Source of the DNA: Pseudomonadota bacterium
GTDB taxonomy: Bacteria > Desulfobacterota > Desulfomonilia > Desulfomonilales > Desulfomonilaceae
Direction: 5' to 3'
Assembly: GCA_043799015.1 (NCBI GenBank)
Contig: JAZDOF010000888.1
Location: forward strand, 1-30,654
DNA length: 30,654 bases
Below are positions 24,944 through 30,654 of the stretch, in pieces (the first letter of the stretch is position 1; every line of letters starts with the position of its first letter). The notes under the pieces were generated by a model that saw only the letters and a program-made list of their open reading frames with translations, did not search any database and was not told the origin of the DNA. A program made the position numbers and the translations under genes.

Positions 24944-25843
24944 ATGGCCAAATCCGCACCTACCACCGCCATGCTTCTGGACATACCCTTCTTCCGGGAC
25001 GCGGACCATGACGCTGGATATTATGTCGCGGCTTGCGGAGCGACATCAAGGACGTGGAAGGGCTGTGTGTTATATCGATCTCTCGATGGCGGGAGCTCAT
25101 ACTCTCAGCTCATCAGGATCACCAACGCCTCTGTACTCGGATCTACTAGCGGGGCTCTGGCGTCGGGCACGCCTGATGCGTGGGATGAGGTGAACGCCGT
25201 GGATGTAGTTGTTCATGGCGTACTGGAAAATTACGAGCAGATAAACGCTCCCTTGATACTGATCGGCAATGAAATCGTTAAATGTTGCGCCGCCACGTTA
25301 GTCGGAACTTTGGGAGCCATGAATATCTACACGCTTAGCGAACTGAAGCGCGGATTGTGGAACACCTCGTCTCAGGTCGGTACTCACGTGGCCGGGGATA
25401 GGGTCGTTTTGCTGGACGAAACCGTGACTCGTATTCCCGGGAACTCCGAAGACATCGGGCAGGCACAACTCATAAAGGCTGTCTCGTTTGGAAGGGCTCT
25501 CGCGAGCGCGCCGGCCACGCCATTCAGCAATACCGGGCGGGGTCTGTACATAGCGGTGGACGAATATGGCGAAATCGACTGCGCCGGAAGCGCCGATGTG
25601 GTGCTCGCCGATGCCGTGGCTCAGTGCGGGCTATTAAAACTGGTTGGGGCCTTGACCGATAGCATCGCGGTGGTTGTCCCAACTCGGGCGCGTCAATGGA
25701 TGATCTGGAACGCTACAACCGGCGCGTATTCCGTTACCGTGAAAACGGCAGCGGGCACGGGCAAGGAAGTGACTCAGGGCAACGTCTCCAAGCTGGCGTG
25801 CGATGGCGCGAATGTCATCGGGATTGACGCTTTTGTGAGCTGA
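24944..25843 (+). CDS. Megatron C-terminal part (Rcc01698-like) with a C-terminal fibre-type beta domain
   Basis: Start moved to ATG 24944. PTTAMLLDIP..RDAD..AGYYVAA...WKG..LYRSLDGG, LILIGNEIV and LSELKRGLWNT...HVAGDRVVLLD. Confidence 0.8.
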   Translation: MAKSAPTTAMLLDIPFFRDADHDAGYYVAACGATSRTWKGCVLYRSLDGGSSYSQLIRITNASVLGSTSGALASGTPDAWDEVNAVDVVVHGVLENYEQINAPLILIGNEIVKCCAATLVGTLGAMNIYTLSELKRGLWNTSSQVGTHVAGDRVVLLDETVTRIPGNSEDIGQAQLIKAVSFGRALASAPATPFSNTGRGLYIAVDEYGEIDCAGSADVVLADAVAQCGLLKLVGALTDSIAVVVPTRARQWMIWNATTGAYSVTVKTAAGTGKEVTQGNVSKLACDGANVIGIDAFVS

Positions 25844-25888
25844 ATAAAAACCTTTTGCCCCATACACGCATGAAAGGAGGCCATAATC

Positions 25889-26311
25889 ATGCCAACGTAT
25901 CTCAATAACACAGCGAATCATGTGGCGATTGCCCTCGCGGGCCAGGTATTCGCCTGGGCGCCTGGCGAATCGAAGGCCATCGATTATCTCACCGGCGACT
26001 CTCGGCTCACGCTCACGGCCGCCACGCCCTATGCTAATGACGCGCTGGCTCAGACCGTCCCCACGTCGGATGGCGCCGAGGATGACGTTTCAATTACGCT
26101 CCAGGCGGGAACCGAAAAGGTCGAGGTCGTCAATACTGGCGATGCCATTGCAACAGTGTTCCGACAGGCCGTGGCCAATACGCCGGGGCTCGTCGTTGCA
26201 CCGGGGGCGGTGCGGACGATTGACGGGCTGAAGGATCGAACGTCAGTCCTCGTGCTACAGTTCTCGGCGGCCGTCGCAGCGAATCAGGTGTTTGTCACGG
26301 AATTCAAATGA
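25889..26311 (+). CDS. Hypothetical beta-rich virion-associated protein
   Basis: 140 aa, strong RBS AAAGGAGG, no signal peptide. Lies between the baseplate and fibre-like genes. Confidence 0.7.
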   Translation: MPTYLNNTANHVAIALAGQVFAWAPGESKAIDYLTGDSRLTLTAATPYANDALAQTVPTSDGAEDDVSITLQAGTEKVEVVNTGDAIATVFRQAVANTPGLVVAPGAVRTIDGLKDRTSVLVLQFSAAVAANQVFVTEFK

Positions 26312-26321
26312 GGGGGCCGAA

Positions 26322-27785
26322 ATGAAACGAATAATCTGCGCAATGATGGTCGTCATACTGTGCCTCACCCTGGCCGTTGCCGGGTGGTCGGATACAACGT
26401 ATATACCCGGCAATAGAGGGTCGTCGGGTGGTCTTGCCTTGACTGCAAATTCGTTCTTTGTGGGTGATGGCTCCAATTTAGCCGCAGCAATGACGCTCTC
26501 AGCTGTCAAGACGTTACTGTCCGTTGATGATCTGGTGACTCTTTCTGGCGTCGCAGATGGTGCCGTTAATCTGGGGGCTTTTTCAGGTTCCACCATTACC
26601 GATAATCAGACGATCAAGGCAGCGCTTCAACTCCTAGAGGCGGCCGTGGAAGGAGCAAGCTCATTCTCCGTCACCGACATCACCGGGGCAGCCGACGACT
26701 CCACCCCGGCCTTGACCGCTACGATGGTGTTGGCTCAGGGCGGATCGTTAATCGAGAGCACGATTCAGCAGGTTTTTACTGCCGTCCTGGGAGCTGCATT
26801 CGACACGGAGGCGGAACTCACGGCGCTGTTTGGTGGGAAGCAGGCGTCCGACGCCACCCTAACCGCCTTGGCCGCACTGACCCTCACCGAGGGTTGTATG
26901 ATCACAGCCACGGGGGCAGATGCTCCCACAGTGGTTGCCAAGGGCTCTGCCTATCAGACAGCTCGCATGAACGCAGGCGCTACAGCTCCAGCATGGTCAT
27001 TTGCGAACTGGGATGCGGAAAAGATTTGGACCGCTGCTCCGACCGGAGCGGATCTGGTTGTGGGGAAATGGTATCGTGCGGACAATGATACTTGGGACCC
27101 CATTTCGTATGCTGGAACCAACGACTACTATGCGAACTGGACAGGGACCGCATGGGTGGGTGTATGGGATATAGTCGCGGGGACGTGGATGACTTCCACC
27201 TTCGGGAATATTTCATCCAACGGCCTCGTAACGGGCCTGATGCCTTCCGTGGTTCTTACCCATTCCTCAGGTGTGCATGACGGTTCAAACGACCAGGCCA
27301 TCATGACCGACTCCGGGGAGTCTTTCACGACTTCACAATTTGTAGGAATGACCGTCTACAACATCACGGACGGAAGCTCCTGCACGGTTACTGCTAATGA
27401 CGGCACCACGATTACATGTACTCTGGCAGGCGGAACTCAGAACGATTGGGACACAAACGATGTATGGCAAGTGGGGCCTGGGCCATATCAGTCGGGCTCC
27501 TGGTACTACGTCGTAGCGGCTGGAACCATAAGGCATCCAGCGACGGCTGGCTATACGGCTTGCTATGAATCGGACGCCGCTGCCGTGGTTACGGTTGACA
27601 TGGCGAGTGATAGCATGATCTTTCAGGGAACCCTTGATACGGCGGTCGTTGCGCTTGACGCTGGAGATTGTATCGACACTTCGGGGAGCACAAGCGGAGA
27701 CTATCTCTGTATCCACAATAAATCTGCCACCGAAGCCCAGGGTAAGGGCAAACGAGGGGTTCTCGTTGACGGCGGTGCCTCATGA
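26322..27785 (+). CDS. Tail-fibre-like protein with an N-terminal Sec-type signal peptide
   Basis: Start moved to ATG 26322 (RBS GAGGGGG). MKRIICAMMVVILCLTLAVAG. Fibre motifs TIKAALQLLE, FDTEAEL and KQASDATLTALAAL. Confidence 0.75.
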   Translation: MKRIICAMMVVILCLTLAVAGWSDTTYIPGNRGSSGGLALTANSFFVGDGSNLAAAMTLSAVKTLLSVDDLVTLSGVADGAVNLGAFSGSTITDNQTIKAALQLLEAAVEGASSFSVTDITGAADDSTPALTATMVLAQGGSLIESTIQQVFTAVLGAAFDTEAELTALFGGKQASDATLTALAALTLTEGCMITATGADAPTVVAKGSAYQTARMNAGATAPAWSFANWDAEKIWTAAPTGADLVVGKWYRADNDTWDPISYAGTNDYYANWTGTAWVGVWDIVAGTWMTSTFGNISSNGLVTGLMPSVVLTHSSGVHDGSNDQAIMTDSGESFTTSQFVGMTVYNITDGSSCTVTANDGTTITCTLAGGTQNDWDTNDVWQVGPGPYQSGSWYYVVAAGTIRHPATAGYTACYESDAAAVVTVDMASDSMIFQGTLDTAVVALDAGDCIDTSGSTSGDYLCIHNKSATEAQGKGKRGVLVDGGAS

Positions 27786-28522
27786 AAAAGCTATGGCTGA
27801 TACCGATTCTGTTGTTGATGGTGCTCCCTTGTTGGGCTGAAGAGATTCAGCTTGCTCGGATGACTCAGGGGATTTTGGGGAGTGGGGGGGTCGCGGCTCC
27901 GGCCAATACGCCTATAGCCATCGTATCGGGCTCAGAAAATGCCGTACAGGCCAACTACAGCACTTCTCTCGGGTGTCCTCTTGGTGCTTCAACCACTGCC
28001 GGGAATCAGATTATTGTCTGTATTGTGTTTTCGGGAGGTTCGGCTGCGACGATAAGCTCCGTTGCGGACGGACACAACACCTACGCTTCAGTCATTGACG
28101 TTACTGGGGCACCCAAGATTGCATTATACAAAGCGGAATCCATCGCTGGTGGGGCTGAGACTGTTACCGTAACATGTGATGCAGAGGCTGGCAATCTAAG
28201 TATTGCGGCTTTTGAGGTCGAGGGGGCGGCAACTAATAGTTATGACGTTGGAGAATATGCCGTTAGTGGATGGGGTACAAGCGCCGATTCCGGTAACGGA
28301 GAAGCCACAAGTCAAAACAACTGCTTACTTATTGGACTTATTGGGCATAATAGTGCTGGTGCAACCAATTTTGCAGCAGGCGCTAACTGGACTCTACTTG
28401 ATAGCGCCAACAGTATATATGTTGAGCACAGAACTGTAAGTTCTACGGGTACATATGACGCAACAGCATCATGGACTGGCGACATGAATTGGTCGTGCAT
28501 ATTCGCAGCCTTCAAGGATTGA
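27782..28522 (+). CDS. Exported beta-rich protein with signal peptide, unknown function
   Basis: MKKLWLIPILLLMVLPCWA|EEIQLARMTQGILGSGG. ATGA overlap. Ser/Thr/Gly/Ala-rich repeated beta-strand domain. Confidence 0.75.
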   Translation: MKKLWLIPILLLMVLPCWAEEIQLARMTQGILGSGGVAAPANTPIAIVSGSENAVQANYSTSLGCPLGASTTAGNQIIVCIVFSGGSAATISSVADGHNTYASVIDVTGAPKIALYKAESIAGGAETVTVTCDAEAGNLSIAAFEVEGAATNSYDVGEYAVSGWGTSADSGNGEATSQNNCLLIGLIGHNSAGATNFAAGANWTLLDSANSIYVEHRTVSSTGTYDATASWTGDMNWSCIFAAFKD

Positions 28523-28523
28523 T

Positions 28524-30416
28524 ATGAAAAGAAAAACGGTTTTATTTGCAGTCGTCATATTTCTATTGCTCATTTCACCATTGAATGCTGCCACGTTGTG
28601 GGTAAATCCCGCTGGGAGCAACACCTCTCCATATGATACCAAGTCAAAAGGCGCAACGTCAGCGACTACCGTGATATCTGCTATGTCTGGCGGCGATACC
28701 CTTTACTATGCTACCGGAACGTACACCTCAGACAATGACAGAATCAGGGGGTTGCCTTCTGGGACAGACCGAGACCACTTGACCACGGTACAATGCGAAA
28801 CCGATTTTGGATGCGTACTATCCGGCATGACGGTGGGCACGGGAGCTGTAACCGAAGAGGCGGTAATCGCCGCATACGAAAAGGAATATCTCTATATTCG
28901 CGGGTTTTTAGTGAAAGATCCGGTCGTGGCTAGTGAATATGGACTCGCCTCTGTGGAGATTTATGGAGATATTGCGACGAGTTCCCGAACTGTCATACTC
29001 AAAAATATAGGCGTTAGAAACGGAGCATCCTCGGCAAACACTAGATACGGCGGTGGAGTTGAATTCTACAATATTTCATATGGGCTTTTAGAGGACGTGT
29101 TTGTTGTTGGATCTATGCGTTACGGAATAAATGTTTCGGGAGGAGCCAACAATCACCACAACATACTGAGACGATGTGTTGTCAGGTGGGACTATGGGTA
29201 TTCAGGCTCAGGAATACAACCAAGAGCTTCAATCGTATCATATGGAGGATATGCTTCATATACCAATGCAGACGCGGATGCACAAGCAGATGGAAGGCTC
29301 CCAAGCGAATACATTTTGATGCATAATTGCATCGTTGTTGATGGAAATAATGGGGATGAAGGGAGTGGAACATTTATTGGAGGATACTCCGTACCTCACG
29401 AAACGTCCAATGTGCATCGACGTGGATGTATAAGTCTAAACAATTTCGGGTATGGGTATCACTCCTCAGAGGACTCACTATCGCATGACAACACATCTAC
29501 TCATTGCATTGATTGGGACTCTTCGAGTGGATGGTACTGGAAGGCTTTGGCAAGTGGTGCATCTGGCATTTATTACTGCACGGCTGAAAATGTGGATGTT
29601 CAATGTCCATCCGGTGGGTCCGGATTTACTTGTGTCGCAGAGAACACAGCGGCGATTGGGACAGTGAATTACAACTATACGACCTCTACCAGTGGGAATG
29701 TGGTCAGTACGTCCTATCAGTACATTGTCCAATCGCCAGAGGCGGACGCGGGCGCCGATATCCTGTATAAATGGGGGACGGATGGAACGATTTGGGGTGA
29801 AGCTGGATATGATACGCTTAGCGGAACGTCGCTGTGGCCTTACCCAAATGAAGACGCTATCAAGACGTTGTTTTCTGAAACCAATAACCCGCCCGAAAGT
29901 GGGGCATATCCTGCCACAAATGATGTTACCAGGGGGTTTACAACCGGGACCAGCATTGGCGGAGGATCACAAACCCTCACAAAGTACATTTGGGAGTACC
30001 TCGGAAATGAGATCCCCTGCGACGTGTACGGGACGTGCGATGAGGCCGCTCCCACGACCGTCATCACCACATCCTCCCCTCAAGCCATTGCTGGTGACTC
30101 CCTCACCGTCACAGGCACATGTACCGACGACGTAGCCTGCATAGCCACCAAGTGCCGCATAGCCTCCGAGCCCGACGCCAACAATGGCACGGCCTGCACG
30201 GGCACGGCTTCTTGGACCTGTGCTGGGCTATCGGGATTCAGTGAGGGTGCGAATACGTTGTACTGCGAGTCATTTGATGCCGCCGGGAACTACGACTCGG
30301 GGAACAGTATCACCGTCAACTACACTCTGCCCGTGGCGAGTGGCAAGGCGTCCGTCTCTCAGGTTGCGGGTGGAGCTCGGATGGAACAGGTTGCGGGTGC
30401 GGCGGCGGTGCAGTGA
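28524..30416 (+). CDS. Exported right-handed beta-helix (pectate-lyase-like) protein with a C-terminal Ig-like domain
   Basis: MKRKTVLFAVVIFLLLISPLNA|ATLWVNPAGSN...GGDTLYYATGTY is a typical beta-helix cap. LYIRGFLV / ILRRCVV / ILMHNCIV coils follow, then the Ig-like LTVTGTCTDD...EGANTLYCESFDAAGN. Confidence 0.8.
   Translation: MKRKTVLFAVVIFLLLISPLNAATLWVNPAGSNTSPYDTKSKGATSATTVISAMSGGDTLYYATGTYTSDNDRIRGLPSGTDRDHLTTVQCETDFGCVLSGMTVGTGAVTEEAVIAAYEKEYLYIRGFLVKDPVVASEYGLASVEIYGDIATSSRTVILKNIGVRNGASSANTRYGGGVEFYNISYGLLEDVFVVGSMRYGINVSGGANNHHNILRRCVVRWDYGYSGSGIQPRASIVSYGGYASYTNADADAQADGRLPSEYILMHNCIVVDGNNGDEGSGTFIGGYSVPHETSNVHRRGCISLNNFGYGYHSSEDSLSHDNTSTHCIDWDSSSGWYWKALASGASGIYYCTAENVDVQCPSGGSGFTCVAENTAAIGTVNYNYTTSTSGNVVSTSYQYIVQSPEADAGADILYKWGTDGTIWGEAGYDTLSGTSLWPYPNEDAIKTLFSETNNPPESGAYPATNDVTRGFTTGTSIGGGSQTLTKYIWEYLGNEIPCDVYGTCDEAAPTTVITTSSPQAIAGDSLTVTGTCTDDVACIATKCRIASEPDANNGTACTGTASWTCAGLSGFSEGANTLYCESFDAAGNYDSGNSITVNYTLPVASGKASVSQVAGGARMEQVAGAAAVQ
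30360..30399 (+). repeat. 13-nt direct repeat CAGGTTGCGGGTG, 27-nt period, encoding a C-terminal QVAG repeat
   Basis: Copies at 30360-30372 and 30387-30399. Confidence 0.8.
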
Positions 30417-30516
30417 TGGCGGACTAGGATCTGTCGAACACGGTGGTAGATAGAATGGCCGGGATTGCGGTGAGCCGTGGTTCCGGTTTTGGTTTCATGG
30501 CACCCTCATTTTCTCC

Positions 30517-30545
30517 TTGACACTGACCTAGTTCTAAGATACGCT
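30517..30545 (+). promoter_or_regulatory. Sigma70-type promoter TTGACA-N17-TACGCT
   Basis: Perfect -35 hexamer, 17-nt spacer, TAnnnT -10 hexamer, upstream of RBS AGAGGAG. Confidence 0.55.
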
Positions 30546-30572
30546 TCTCTCACACCATAGAGGAGCGACTAC

Positions 30573-30654
30573 GTGACTTCAGAGCAAATCAAAGAAATCA
30601 GAATACAACTTGGCATGACTCAGCAGTATTTCGCCGAGAAACTCGGGCTCAAGC
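30573..30654 (+). CDS. XRE-family helix-turn-helix protein, truncated by the window edge
   Basis: GTG start with RBS AGAGGAG. MTSEQIKEIRIQLGMTQQYFAEKLGLK matches the XRE pattern IRxxLGMTQxxFAxxLG. Confidence 0.8.
   Translation, partial: MTSEQIKEIRIQLGMTQQYFAEKLGLK

Noticed and set aside
1-30654. CRISPR array, tRNA, rRNA, integrase, transposase or att site
   Set aside because: No spaced direct repeats, cloverleaf, recombinase motifs or terminal inverted repeats were seen on reading. A tRNAscan/CRISPR search would be needed to exclude them fully.

Overview
This window holds the packaging, head and tail region of a long-tailed (siphovirus-type) phage or prophage. Nearly all of it is on the + strand. 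The gene order is: ParB-like/PAPS-reductase-family fusion; an inserted leftward operon of six small genes with its own sigma70-type promoter, ending in a DUF523/TudS-like thiouracil desulfidase; lambda-type terminase (Nu1/GpA); Ogr-like Zn finger; gpW-like protein; lambda-family portal; protease with nested scaffold; extended DUF2190-type decoration protein; gpE-like major capsid; neck genes; a three-gene membrane/lysis cluster; tail tube; tail chaperone with a -1 frameshift; tape measure; GTA-type baseplate genes; three fibre/depolymerase-like genes; and a truncated XRE HTH gene. The most unusual observations are four. (1) Three consecutive fibre/beta-helix genes in the tail-fibre position all begin with Sec-type signal peptides, and the beta-helix protein is notably Cys-rich. 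(2) A ParB-fused SGGKDS PP-loop enzyme converges on a TudS-like desulfidase, which suggests sulfur-nucleobase chemistry. (3) The GTA-type 'megatron' tail protein is split in two, with a SPRY/Ig-decorated hub gene between the halves. (4) The tail tube carries a nested A-A-B-B domain duplication. All family assignments come from motifs recognised by eye; no database search was run. No integrase, repressor, replication gene, endolysin, tRNA or CRISPR array was seen. The host cannot be determined from the window.
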